From IMG/VR virus record IMGVR_UViG_3300043391_000302, positions 1 through 63,053 of that record: a stretch of 63,053 bases of DNA. One strand, written 5' to 3'. This document shows, piece by piece, positions 46,264 to 56,748 of this stretch (positions are counted from its first letter, which is position 1; each line of letters opens with the position of its first letter). The stretch comes from a virus (taxonomy: Duplodnaviria; Caudoviricetes). The notes beneath the pieces were generated by a model, which saw nothing but the letters and a program-made list of their open reading frames with translations, made no database searches and was not told the origin of the DNA. The position numbers and the translations under genes are program-made.

Positions 46264-48244
46264 TTCAACTATTGAAAACATACAGGGCTTGGATTGTAAG
46301 ATCCCGCCTGTTGGATATGTCTTTAATATCTTAACTGGTCAGCTAGAGCGGAGGCAGATTCATGCAAGATCTCCCAAGAAATCAGAACAGTACTGGGAGG
46401 CGACTAAGCTTCCCCCGAACTATGTCAAACTCAGAGAGAAGGAGCTAGTCGTTCAGATTGAAGACAAAGAACACTTTGATCCAGAGCTTGAACAGTTCAG
46501 ACAGCAGGAGTGGGACCGAAGGCTTAACGGTTACTGGTTTTATAATAATGGCGCTGCGACTTACATCACAGGATTACATTACTTCTACTTATGCTACTGG
46601 ACACTTGATACTGGTCTTCCTAAGTATAGAGACACTGATAGAAAGTATTTCTATTTCCTACAATACTGCATAGACGATCCTGAGTGCTTTGGTATGGTTG
46701 AGATAACAAAGAGACGTCAGGGTAAGACTTTCAGGGGTGGGGTATTTCTCTACGAATACACATCACGTGCAAAAAACGCTCGAGCTGGTGTTCAGTCGAA
46801 GACTGGTGCCGATGCAAAGGAGGTGTTTCGTAAAGCAATAATCCAACCATTTAAAAAGCTTCCTGATTTTTTTGTTCCTGTCTACGATCAGAGCAAGGGA
46901 TTAACTCCAACATCTGAATTAAGATTCTATCAAACTACTGTAAAAGGTAAGAAGTCAGGACAGATACTTGATGATGACGAACTAGAGAGTATGGTAGATT
47001 GGAAGACTTCAGAAGCGATAAGCTATGATGGTCAGAAGCTTCAAAGGTATTTAGGAGATGAGGTTGGTAAGACTACAGGAATAAATGTCTGGGAAAGATA
47101 TTTAGTTACAAGGTATTGTCATCTGGATGACGAGGGTAGAATAATTGGTAAATCACTTCTTACTACAACAGTAGAAGACATGGAGCAGGGAGGTGAGGCC
47201 TTTAAAAAGATTTGGGACAACTCAGATCAAACTAAGAAGACAGGCAAGCGAACACCATCTGGACTTTACAGATACTTCTGTCCTGCAGATCATACAAGAT
47301 ATTATGATCAGTTTGGTTTGGCAGATCGGGAGAAAGCGTTATCTGAAATTCTAGAAGAAAGACAACTCCTTCACAACGATCCAAGAGCACTCAGTGCTGT
47401 GATCAGGAAGGAACCATTAAGCTGGGAAGAAGCTTTTAGAATAGATGGATCCAAGTGTTTATATAACGCAATGAAGCTGAATGAAAGGTTGGATAGATTG
47501 AGCTGGAAAGACAACCTAACAACAACAGGAAACTTTGTTTGGGAAGAGAAGGACGCTAAGGTTATATGGGAACCTAGTCGTAATGGAAGGTGGGAAGTTG
47601 CTACAATATTTGATAAAGAAGAAGACAGTAATAATATATCAAAGAAGGGAGAGCAGTTCTATCCAAACAACATTAAGTACATAATAGGTGTGGATCCAGT
47701 CGATCATAACACCACAGAAGATGGTAGAAGATCGAATGGTGCTGCGGTAGTTTTAAGAAAGTACAGTGCAGTAGATGATAGTGGTCCTTACAATTACGCA
47801 TTTGTTTGTAAATATAAGTACAGACCAGACAGCGTTCAGATATTCTATGAGGATATGATTAAGATGGCGTTCTATTATGGTTGTAATGTTTTGATGGAGA
47901 ACCAGAAGATTGGCATGATGCACTATTTCAATGATAGGGGTTATGGAAATTTTCTAATGTGGTTACCAGACAGACAGCAACCCGGAATAGCGGCATCACC
48001 AAAGACACACCAGTATATAGCAGAGTTGACTGAATCTTATATCAACGACTACTGTGATAAGGTTTACTTCAAAGATCTAGTTCAGGAATGGCTAGAGTTT
48101 GAAATACACAACACAACAAAATTTGACTTGGCAATGGCCGCAGGATATGCGCTAATTGCTGATCAGGTAAAGATGAAGAAGAGAGACTTGAACGACGTAA
48201 AAGAAGTAAAACATTTTTTTAAAAAACATAAAGTGCCTAAATAA
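46244..48244 (+). CDS. terL: Terminase large subunit (crAss-like)
   Basis: ITGLHYFYL, KRRQGKT Walker A, DEVGK Walker B, GVDPVD nuclease, KFDLAMA.G. Confidence 0.92.
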   Translation: MYRQVDNSTIENIQGLDCKIPPVGYVFNILTGQLERRQIHARSPKKSEQYWEATKLPPNYVKLREKELVVQIEDKEHFDPELEQFRQQEWDRRLNGYWFYNNGAATYITGLHYFYLCYWTLDTGLPKYRDTDRKYFYFLQYCIDDPECFGMVEITKRRQGKTFRGGVFLYEYTSRAKNARAGVQSKTGADAKEVFRKAIIQPFKKLPDFFVPVYDQSKGLTPTSELRFYQTTVKGKKSGQILDDDELESMVDWKTSEAISYDGQKLQRYLGDEVGKTTGINVWERYLVTRYCHLDDEGRIIGKSLLTTTVEDMEQGGEAFKKIWDNSDQTKKTGKRTPSGLYRYFCPADHTRYYDQFGLADREKALSEILEERQLLHNDPRALSAVIRKEPLSWEEAFRIDGSKCLYNAMKLNERLDRLSWKDNLTTTGNFVWEEKDAKVIWEPSRNGRWEVATIFDKEEDSNNISKKGEQFYPNNIKYIIGVDPVDHNTTEDGRRSNGAAVVLRKYSAVDDSGPYNYAFVCKYKYRPDSVQIFYEDMIKMAFYYGCNVLMENQKIGMMHYFNDRGYGNFLMWLPDRQQPGIAASPKTHQYIAELTESYINDYCDKVYFKDLVQEWLEFEIHNTTKFDLAMAAGYALIADQVKMKKRDLNDVKEVKHFFKKHKVPK

Positions 48245-48250
48245 TTCGAG

Positions 48251-50638
48251 ATGAATATAATCAATGGCTATCCTTCGCATTTAATCGATCCTAGAGAAAA
48301 AGGTAAAGACTGGATCAAACAGTACTGCAGAGCTGCATGGGACAGCTGGAATAACGACAACCCAAGAAGTATATTCTACAACGCAAGATACAGATATGAA
48401 AATCTCAAGCAGTATGCTATGGGAAATCAATCTGTAAACAAGTACAAGCCTTTGATGGGTGTTGATCAAGAATCAACTGAGACTTGGTTGAACGTTGACT
48501 GGAGTGTTATTCCAATCATTCCAAAGTTTAGAAGAATAGCTCTAGGTAAATTATCTAAGGTTGATTATAATATCACTGCTACTCCTGTAGATGCTCTAGC
48601 TAATGAAGAGAATGAAGACTACTTTGCTGGCATTAAGGCTAAGATATTAATGAGAGAAGAGGCAGCCAAGATTGATCCTGAATTGTTGAATGCTCCTGCA
48701 TTACAAATGGAACCGGGAGAGGCTGCAACCATGGAAGAGCTTGAGATGCAGATGAAGTATACTTACAAGCATCAGATGGCAATTGAAGCAGAGCAGGGTA
48801 TCAAGCTTGTGTTAGAACAGAATCAAATCGAGAAGCTTCGTGATCAGGTTAGAGAAGATCTATTTGACTATGGGGTGTCTGGATATAAAGAGTTTATTGA
48901 TTCAAATGGCGCCATTAAGATCCGCAGAGTTAATCCTAGGAACGTAATTATAAATCACTGTAAGAAGAATGACTTCTCTGATGCTCAATACATCGGTGAG
49001 GTTATTGAGATGACCATTGCTGATTTAAAACAAATGGCGGGTAATCAATTCAGAGAAAGCGAATATGAGGACATCGCCAAGAATGTTTTAGGTAGATATG
49101 GTAATCCAAGAGAGTGGTTAGATAATTTATCAATCTTCAATAAAGGTTATGATCAATTCAATATTCGTGTACTCGACATTGAGTTCTTTTCCGTCAACGA
49201 TATGGTGTTCGAACAGCGCATTGATAGGAGAGGAAATAAGATATACGCAAAAGCAAAGTACGATGACAGAAACAAAAGGAAAGATAAGTTTGAGCGTGTT
49301 TCTTACAAGGTAGTTTATAAGGGTAGATGGATTATCGATACTAATTATTTATTCGACTACGGTCTATGTACAAACATGAAAAGGGCTAAGTCTAGCCTGA
49401 TGGATACAAAGATGAGTTATCATCTATTTGCTCCAGAGTTTTATGATATGAATGCGCACGGTATAATGGAACAAGTTATTCCAATTGCCGATGCTATTCA
49501 GATTGCATGGTATCGTTTGCAGAACGTCATCAATCAATCAAGGCCTAAGGGTATTATGATTGAGATGGGTGCTCTTGAAGATATACCGCTCGGCTCGGGG
49601 GGAAAGAAACTAGACCCAATGTCAGTACTAGATCTTTATAATAAGACAGGTACTCTCGTATATAGAAAGTCTGATGCTCAAGGTAGAATGACAAACTACC
49701 GTCCAATTGAGGAATTAGAAAACGGTCTTGGTAGAGATGCAATGAACTACTGGCAGTTGATTCAGAATCACATTCAGATGCTAAGGGATATCACAGGTAT
49801 GAACGAGATGACAGACGGTTCTACTCCTGATCCTAGAACATTAACAACTGTTGCTAAGCTTGCATATGAAGGAACTAACAATGCTCTATACAGTATTGTG
49901 CAGGGAGATAAGTTCTTGCTTGAAGATCTATCGAATGATATTATAATAAGATTACAGGATGTTGCAGAGACTGGAGAGGTTAAGGGATACATCAGGGCTT
50001 TAGGTTCTAACACCATGAAGTTCTTCAAGATGTCTTCTAATGTTGCTCTGTATGAGTTCGGTATTTTCTTGGAAGATAAACCAACAGATGATCAGAGAGC
50101 AATGCTCATGCAGCAAGTTCAAGCTGGTCAGGCTGGTGGTCTTCTGGATATTGAAGATGCTATTATCATTCAGAACACAGATAACCTCAAGGTTGCTCAA
50201 CAGCTTCTAGCATTTAAGATTAAGAAGCGTAGAGAGCAGGAAGAGGAGAAGGCAATGCGCCAGCAGCAGATGAATGCTCAAGTTCAACAGCAGTCTGCGA
50301 TGGTTGCTGAACAAGCTAAGCAGCAAACGATACAGGTTGAAGGTCAGATGAAGGCTCAGCTTATTCAAGTTGAAAAAGAGCTTGACTCTAAGCTCCTTGA
50401 GATGAAGTATCAGTATGAATTGCAGCTAGAGCAGTTGCGTCAGACAGGCAAGGTTGTTACAAAGCAAGAAGAGAATAAAGGAAAGAAGAGCGTAACCAAA
50501 TTAAAAATGGGTCAGCCTGATGATGATGTGATGCCTTCGATGATGCCTCCAATGATGCCAGATGAAACTGAACAACAATACACGGATCTACAAGGCGAAG
50601 AGGGAATGGTTGAAGAAGTTGACCAGCAAGTCGTGTGA
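48251..50638 (+). CDS. Portal protein (crAss-like)
   Basis: YAMGNQSV.KYK, W..IPIIPKF and RDITGMNE..DGS motifs; follows TerL. Confidence 0.9.
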   Translation: MNIINGYPSHLIDPREKGKDWIKQYCRAAWDSWNNDNPRSIFYNARYRYENLKQYAMGNQSVNKYKPLMGVDQESTETWLNVDWSVIPIIPKFRRIALGKLSKVDYNITATPVDALANEENEDYFAGIKAKILMREEAAKIDPELLNAPALQMEPGEAATMEELEMQMKYTYKHQMAIEAEQGIKLVLEQNQIEKLRDQVREDLFDYGVSGYKEFIDSNGAIKIRRVNPRNVIINHCKKNDFSDAQYIGEVIEMTIADLKQMAGNQFRESEYEDIAKNVLGRYGNPREWLDNLSIFNKGYDQFNIRVLDIEFFSVNDMVFEQRIDRRGNKIYAKAKYDDRNKRKDKFERVSYKVVYKGRWIIDTNYLFDYGLCTNMKRAKSSLMDTKMSYHLFAPEFYDMNAHGIMEQVIPIADAIQIAWYRLQNVINQSRPKGIMIEMGALEDIPLGSGGKKLDPMSVLDLYNKTGTLVYRKSDAQGRMTNYRPIEELENGLGRDAMNYWQLIQNHIQMLRDITGMNEMTDGSTPDPRTLTTVAKLAYEGTNNALYSIVQGDKFLLEDLSNDIIIRLQDVAETGEVKGYIRALGSNTMKFFKMSSNVALYEFGIFLEDKPTDDQRAMLMQQVQAGQAGGLLDIEDAIIIQNTDNLKVAQQLLAFKIKKRREQEEEKAMRQQQMNAQVQQQSAMVAEQAKQQTIQVEGQMKAQLIQVEKELDSKLLEMKYQYELQLEQLRQTGKVVTKQEENKGKKSVTKLKMGQPDDDVMPSMMPPMMPDETEQQYTDLQGEEGMVEEVDQQVV

Positions 50639-50723
50639 TGACTGCTTCTACTACGAATAATTCATGGTGTGTTTTCCACATGATTGTAAACAATAGTATA
50701 AAACTTTGCACAAATAACCATTT

Positions 50724-51698
50724 ATGTCAGAAACTATAGATTTTTCTAACGCCAGCGCTAATGATTTTAACGTAGGCGCACAAGAGATATCAGTACAGCC
50801 AGAAGTTCAGGTAGAGTCTAAAGTAGAAACTACCGTAGAACCACAGCAAGTAGCTGATCCAGTTGCCACCGAGCCAACGCCAGAGCCAGTTCCTGTAAAG
50901 GAACCAGTAACTGAGCCAGCTCGGGAGTACAATTTTAAAGACGACTTCATTAAAGGAGTTGTTGAGTTCTATGAAAAGACAGGAGATCTAGCACCGTATC
51001 TACAAGCTAAGACTATTGACTTCACCAATATGCCTGACGAAGAAATTCTGAGAAGGAACCTTCGTGAGGAATACCAAGATCTGTCTGACAAAGCTTTCGA
51101 GCGTTTGTTTCAGCAGCAGGTGAAAGACAAGTTTAAGTTAGATGCTGATGAGTGGGGAGAGGAAGATTCTGAACTAGGCAGAGAATTGCTAAAGGCAGAA
51201 GCTTCTAAACTTAGGAGTCAGTATTTAGATTGGCAGAAGAGTTTTGCGGCCCCGGAACCGCAGGTTTCTTATGACCAAACTGCAGAGATGCTACAGAAGT
51301 TTGAATCAGAGGTTAAGAGTAATGAGTTTACTAAAGGATTCTTAGGAAGCAAGACGCTTACTATTAAGACATCTGATGGCGAGTTTAATTACGAAGTACC
51401 TCAAGCTGATGCGGTGGTAGATATGACTATCGATAATGACAGATTTTTTAGCCAGTTCGCTGGTGACCAAGGCCAGCTGGATTACGCAAAGTGGTATAAG
51501 ACCGTGGCGTATTCTCAGAATCCAGAATTGTTTGAGCGTTCGCTTATCAATTATGGTAAAACCTTGGGCAGGAGTGAAGTAACTAAGGAAATCAAAAATC
51601 CAATCACATCCCCTGTTGGAGATGTCCCTACAGAAGGTAATGGCGATTTTAAGACAGGACTTCTACAGGCGTTTGCAACGAGGGGTATTATAAAATAA
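50724..51698 (+). CDS. Capsid scaffolding protein
   Basis: Acidic, Pro-rich N-terminus; lies between portal and capsid. Confidence 0.7.
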   Translation: MSETIDFSNASANDFNVGAQEISVQPEVQVESKVETTVEPQQVADPVATEPTPEPVPVKEPVTEPAREYNFKDDFIKGVVEFYEKTGDLAPYLQAKTIDFTNMPDEEILRRNLREEYQDLSDKAFERLFQQQVKDKFKLDADEWGEEDSELGRELLKAEASKLRSQYLDWQKSFAAPEPQVSYDQTAEMLQKFESEVKSNEFTKGFLGSKTLTIKTSDGEFNYEVPQADAVVDMTIDNDRFFSQFAGDQGQLDYAKWYKTVAYSQNPELFERSLINYGKTLGRSEVTKEIKNPITSPVGDVPTEGNGDFKTGLLQAFATRGIIK

Positions 51699-51719
51699 CC
51701 CGTTTAAAATCCTTATCCT

Positions 51720-53039
51720 ATGCCCGGTACAATTGGTGCAATTAACAAACAGTATGTATCTTCTATCGAGTTCCTCGATCAGAGAGATATTCTTAACAAG
51801 GTGCTCGACATTACTAACGAGCAAGCTTCATTCTTAGATGTTCTTGAATTAACTGGTCGCTCTAAGGCTACTAGTGTTCCTGAGTTTCATCATTTCGTAA
51901 ACGAAGAGTTGTATGTTCTAGGTACAGTTTCTGCTATTACAGGTTCTGGTACTACTGCAATCTCTGCTGACCTTAACACAGCTACTTCTGCATCTGCTTA
52001 TCCTTTCATCAACGTAGGTGAACTTGTATTGTTCCCTGATGGTAAGGTTGGTATGGTTACCGCTAAGTCTGCTAGTAAGACTTTGAGCATCCGTAGTGTT
52101 GACGCTTCTGTGTTGACTCTTTCTGCTGGTAACTCTATCTCATTCTTCTCTAACGCTGCTGGTGAAGGTTCTCTTTCTCCTGCTGCTAAGAAATGGGGTG
52201 TAACTAAGTACTCTAACCAAGTGCAGATCTTCAAAGGTAAATTTGAGATCACTGATGTTCAGAAGGCGTCAAAGGTTGAAGTTGAATTCCAAGGTAAGCC
52301 TTTCTACATGTACAAAGGTCAGCACGAGAGCTTGATGAAGTTCCGTGATGATATCGCTGCTGCGTTGATCTTTGGTCGTAAGAGTGCTACTAAGTTCGGA
52401 GATGCTTCTCCTTCATTGGTTGATGCTGAAAGCAAGCCAATTCAAACTACAATGGGTATGGATCAGTACGTTACTTCTATGGGTAGCGACTTGAGCTTGC
52501 TCACTGCTGGTAGTGTTGCTCTTGCTGACGTATCTGCTTTGACTCAGTTGTTGAATAAGAATCGTGCTCCATTGGAATACTTCTTGTTCGTAGGTACAAC
52601 TCAGAATATTTACTGGGATAACCTATTTAACAACTTAGGTAACAGTGCTTTGTTGTCTCAAGGTGCAAGATTCCAAATCTCTGGTAAGGAGATCGATCTC
52701 GGTATTGATACTGTTAAGATCTACGGTCGTACTTACTACAAGAAGTACTTGCCAATCCTTGACCACAAGAATATCGTAAACTTCTCTGGCGGTTATAACG
52801 CTAAGGATGCTGCTTATGGTGTTCCTGCAAGTAAGGTTAAGACAATTGACGGAGGTCAAGAGGACGTGATGAGCGTTCGCTACATGGCTGAAGGAAACAC
52901 TGATTTCAAATATCGTGAGATCATGCTTGGTGGTTTGGCTCCAGTTCCAACTAACGAGCGTTCAGTACTTGAAGTACATTATGAGTCTATCCAAGGTCTT
53001 CAGATCTTGAATGCTCAGAATACTTTCAAACTGAAGTAA
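51720..53039 (+). CDS. Major capsid protein
   Basis: 439 aa; strongly biased codons; position after scaffold; followed by a terminator. Confidence 0.88.
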   Translation: MPGTIGAINKQYVSSIEFLDQRDILNKVLDITNEQASFLDVLELTGRSKATSVPEFHHFVNEELYVLGTVSAITGSGTTAISADLNTATSASAYPFINVGELVLFPDGKVGMVTAKSASKTLSIRSVDASVLTLSAGNSISFFSNAAGEGSLSPAAKKWGVTKYSNQVQIFKGKFEITDVQKASKVEVEFQGKPFYMYKGQHESLMKFRDDIAAALIFGRKSATKFGDASPSLVDAESKPIQTTMGMDQYVTSMGSDLSLLTAGSVALADVSALTQLLNKNRAPLEYFLFVGTTQNIYWDNLFNNLGNSALLSQGARFQISGKEIDLGIDTVKIYGRTYYKKYLPILDHKNIVNFSGGYNAKDAAYGVPASKVKTIDGGQEDVMSVRYMAEGNTDFKYREIMLGGLAPVPTNERSVLEVHYESIQGLQILNAQNTFKLK

Positions 53040-53046
53040 TCTATAT

Positions 53047-53078
53047 GGGGAGAGAGCAATTTCTCTCCCCTTTTTTTT
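53047..53078 (+). terminator. Intrinsic terminator after the capsid gene
   Basis: GGGGAGAGA...TCTCTCCCC-TTTTTTTT. Confidence 0.85.
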
Positions 53079-53099
53079 ATAACCATAACCTAAACTAAG

Positions 53100-53933
53100 A
53101 TGAAGAGTACAAATTTATACAACAAAGTTTCCCCCGAACTTTTAGCAAAGACTAGACTTAAACCGGGAGAACAAGTTGTTTACAGGGTAGCTGGTATCCA
53201 ACCTAATCCAATGGATCCAACAAAGTGGGCAATACCTGCCGCAAGAAACGTACCTATCACAGATGAGATCTGGGATGAATTTAAACAAGAGTATGTATCT
53301 ATTGGCGCAGTAAGATCTGTATCAGCTGACGGTACCCACGCATTCCACGAAATTTATTTCTTTGGCAATCAAGCAGGACACATGATCTTATATGGCGGAA
53401 GAGCCGTAGATCAAGACATCCATGCATATCTGATGCTCTGCAATTATAATGGGTCTAATCCAAATCGTGATACAAGTAAGGAGATAATCTTTGAACTTGT
53501 TGATGAAGGAGCAAAATCAGAGAAGGAACGTAGGTCAAGAAATACTAAGCGTGAAGCATTGAATGCTGCTGCTGATCTAAGTGCTGATGAAGTACGTAAC
53601 TACATAGCAGCTCTTGGTCAAGACGATACGGGTAAGGTTGACATCTTGAGAAACAGATTAGAAGAGATGGCTGACAATGATCCTGAAGGATTCATGGAGC
53701 TTATTAATAATAAGCAAGCTGCCATGAAAGCCACAATTAATAGAGCAATTAACAAAGGTGTAATAAATTTTGAAGCTGAGCAATCTAGATTCACATGGCC
53801 TAATGGTGAAGTAATCTTAGTTGTCTCAAGAACCACAGGAGGAGACCATATCGAAGAACTACTTGGATACTGTGTCGGAAGTCCTAAGGGTGAAAAGGTT
53901 TTCCAAACCATACAATCGAAATCGAAGAAATAG
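53100..53933 (+). CDS. Conserved capsid-adjacent protein of crAss-like phages
   Basis: Position after the capsid gene; A.NDP..F..L.N and AI..G.I...W motifs. Confidence 0.6.
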   Translation: MKSTNLYNKVSPELLAKTRLKPGEQVVYRVAGIQPNPMDPTKWAIPAARNVPITDEIWDEFKQEYVSIGAVRSVSADGTHAFHEIYFFGNQAGHMILYGGRAVDQDIHAYLMLCNYNGSNPNRDTSKEIIFELVDEGAKSEKERRSRNTKREALNAAADLSADEVRNYIAALGQDDTGKVDILRNRLEEMADNDPEGFMELINNKQAAMKATINRAINKGVINFEAEQSRFTWPNGEVILVVSRTTGGDHIEELLGYCVGSPKGEKVFQTIQSKSKK

Positions 53934-53962
53934 TCTCTTAGTTCTGATGGTTGTTTGGTTAC

Positions 53963-53991
53963 GCCCTGAGCTTTCTAGTTCGGGGCTTTTT
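53963..53991 (+). terminator. Intrinsic terminator
   Basis: GCCCTGAGCT-TTCT-AGTTCGGGGC-TTTTT. Confidence 0.75.
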
Positions 53992-54044
53992 CATGGGTTG
54001 TTTTTACGGCATATGGATAAATAGTTTTGGAAATTTGCGTTACG

Positions 54045-55226
54045 ATGCCTAGTATCCCTAATATAAGCTTTTCAGTCAGATTTGATTTCACTGGCGTACC
54101 AACTCTAATTCTTACAGATACGAGCACCAATGGATTGACGGCAACAAGGGTTGCTGCTTTTGATATTACGCAACCTGATCTTTATACTCGACAAGGTGAT
54201 ATTCTATCTCCTGATATGCCATCAGGAGCAACTACTTTTTCTATTACATTAAGACAGGATAGCAATGGATTACCTCAATGCGGCACATATACCATATTGA
54301 TGAAGGTTAGGAATGCTGGGTATGACGACACAAACTTTACAAGATCATGGGTGTCTCAATATGTTCCCGTAACAGTTAACATTGGCGAGAGCTTTGATGT
54401 ATTCACACCTAACTTGAGCGTAAGGGATAACACTTCTTACTCTGTGTCTAATTATAATAACAGCTCTGTCACTAGGGCTTGGAGCGTAACAAGTACTCCA
54501 ACAGGAACTTTGACTGGTTCGGGGGTTACACTTAGCTTAATCTTTGGCGGCAACTACTATGACGCTAATTACGCTGTATCCCTTACCTCAAGTATTTTAT
54601 ATACACATCAGGTATATTCTTGGTTTACAGTTAATGAAACAGTAAATAATAGTTATTGCACATATGCTGAAACTCCTCCAACTGTATTAGATATAGTAAA
54701 AGAAATTAGCGATATTAAGTATAAGCTTGATTTGGCAATTAACTCTTGCCAGACTTACGATAAAATAAAAGAGGACTTTGAGTATGCTCAGACTCTGTTC
54801 TTGCATATAATGGATAAGGTTAAGGTTTCAGACATGGATAATATCTATGTGGACCTTAAGGATTTGTTGAAGGTTTTGAATAACTATCAGATACCGGGTT
54901 ATACTCCAACTAATTCGCCTATAGCTCCATACGATATCACTTCATTCTTCCCGGGTGCTGTATGGGGAAGTGTTACTGGTAATCTGTCTTTTCAGACAGA
55001 CCTATGGGATGTATTGCAGGATCTGTATAAAAGAGATCACTATACTCACGATCAGGTTTCTCCAAGCGCTATATGGGTGATTGTTCATAACATGGGAAAG
55101 AACCCAAGTGTGTCTATTGTGGATACGGCGCTTGATGAGGTTGTGGCTGATGTTCAGTATAATTCATTAAATCAATTAACAATAACATTCACAGCCGCCA
55201 TAAGTGGTAAGGCATTTTTAAATTAA
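54045..55226 (+). CDS. Virion structural protein (fibre-docking candidate)
   Basis: Beta-rich; C-terminal W.IVHNMGKNPSV domain. Confidence 0.6.
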   Translation: MPSIPNISFSVRFDFTGVPTLILTDTSTNGLTATRVAAFDITQPDLYTRQGDILSPDMPSGATTFSITLRQDSNGLPQCGTYTILMKVRNAGYDDTNFTRSWVSQYVPVTVNIGESFDVFTPNLSVRDNTSYSVSNYNNSSVTRAWSVTSTPTGTLTGSGVTLSLIFGGNYYDANYAVSLTSSILYTHQVYSWFTVNETVNNSYCTYAETPPTVLDIVKEISDIKYKLDLAINSCQTYDKIKEDFEYAQTLFLHIMDKVKVSDMDNIYVDLKDLLKVLNNYQIPGYTPTNSPIAPYDITSFFPGAVWGSVTGNLSFQTDLWDVLQDLYKRDHYTHDQVSPSAIWVIVHNMGKNPSVSIVDTALDEVVADVQYNSLNQLTITFTAAISGKAFLN

Positions 55227-55230
55227 TACT

Positions 55231-56325
55231 ATGGCAAAAAAGGTATTGGTCAATTTAGACCTATCTAAAAATCAAGTACTAAACATAGCACTGCACAACC
55301 TTGCATCTGCACCATCAAGTCCAGTTCAGGGTCAAATATATTATAACACAACTGATAAAGCTGTGTACTACTGGGATGGAACTTCATGGGTTTCTGTTTC
55401 AGGTGATATCACAGAAGTGATTGCTGGTAACGGTCTTATTGGTGGAGGTAATACTGGTGCAGTAACCTTAGATCTAAATCCTGATAACAGTACGATCGAG
55501 GTAAGCTCTGATGTTGTACGTATTAAAGATCTTGGTGTAACTACAGCAAAGCTTGCTGATGCTTCAGTTACTACACTTAAGATTGCAGACAATAACGTAA
55601 CATTTGCCAAGATACAAGATATAGCAACCATGACTGTTATAGGTCGTGTGTCTGCTGGTTCGGGGGATCCTGAGTCGATCACGATAATTAATGACAACAG
55701 TTTAGCTACAGCAACTGCAACTAACATTGCAACTGCTGGATCTATTAAAGCATATGTAGACAATAGAATTGCAAGCTTAGGAAACCTTGAGGGTGGATTT
55801 GCTGCAGGTTCTTCTACAAACTTCCCAACATCTGCAGGAGGAACAAAGGCTGGTGACTACTGGTATGTAACTAGTGCAGGTACAGTACAGGGAGTTATTC
55901 TCAACATTGGCGATGTGATTATAGCTGCAATTGATGCAGCTTCTCCAACAGTTGCTGCTAACTGGATCTTCTTGGAATCAAACAGGGATCAAGCTACTGA
56001 GACTGTTAAGGGTGTTGCAGAGATAGCTACACAAGCGGAGACAAACACGGGAACAGATGATGAGAGAATAGTTACTCCTCTTAAATTAAAAACATTCATC
56101 GATGCAAGAACTGGTGGTTTCGCTTCAAACATCGGTAATGGTTCTGCTACATCATTTGTAGTAAATCATGCACTTAATACAGTTGATGTTGTTGTTCAAA
56201 TTAAAGAGAACTCAAGTTTAGAATTAGTATTAGCTGATGTTGCTATTACTGATGCTAATAATGTAACAGTAACTTTTGCTACGGCACCTGCTCTTAATTC
56301 ATATAGAGTAATAATTAAGAAGTAA
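55231..56325 (+). CDS. Tail fibre protein
   Basis: APSSPVQGQIYYNT, VTTAKLAD repeats, ATE..KG..EIATQAE...TPLKL fibre repeat. Confidence 0.8.
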   Translation: MAKKVLVNLDLSKNQVLNIALHNLASAPSSPVQGQIYYNTTDKAVYYWDGTSWVSVSGDITEVIAGNGLIGGGNTGAVTLDLNPDNSTIEVSSDVVRIKDLGVTTAKLADASVTTLKIADNNVTFAKIQDIATMTVIGRVSAGSGDPESITIINDNSLATATATNIATAGSIKAYVDNRIASLGNLEGGFAAGSSTNFPTSAGGTKAGDYWYVTSAGTVQGVILNIGDVIIAAIDAASPTVAANWIFLESNRDQATETVKGVAEIATQAETNTGTDDERIVTPLKLKTFIDARTGGFASNIGNGSATSFVVNHALNTVDVVVQIKENSSLELVLADVAITDANNVTVTFATAPALNSYRVIIKK

Positions 56326-56329
56326 TTGA

Positions 56330-56728
56330 ATGAAGTTTTTCAGTAATATACTTGCTAAGGCTGGTCTTATTGTTGATGGTATTGCTACCCTAAATGGGGT
56401 TGCGGGTGCTACAGTAGACACTGATAAGTTTGTTGTATTAGATGGCAGTGTAGTAAAGTATCGTACTGGAGAGCAGTTGTTAAGAGATATTAGTTCAGGT
56501 CTGACAACTGATTATGATTATTCAATAACTGGATTAAGAAATAGCTCAAACAAAATATTCACACTATCACAAAATTTTGTTTCAGGAACTACAAGAGTTT
56601 TTGTGAATGGTATAAGGTACACGTTAGGCGGATCTTATGACTATACTGAAACGGGTACAAATCAAATAACATTTACAAACGCACCAGATAGCGGAGACTT
56701 AATAACAATTGATTACTTAAAAGCTTAA
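56330..56728 (+). CDS. Small fibre-associated protein
   Basis: C-terminal FTL...VFVNG...DYT..G..ITF..AP domain. Confidence 0.6.
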   Translation: MKFFSNILAKAGLIVDGIATLNGVAGATVDTDKFVVLDGSVVKYRTGEQLLRDISSGLTTDYDYSITGLRNSSNKIFTLSQNFVSGTTRVFVNGIRYTLGGSYDYTETGTNQITFTNAPDSGDLITIDYLKA

Positions 56729-56748
56729 AATAATTAAATCCTAGCCCT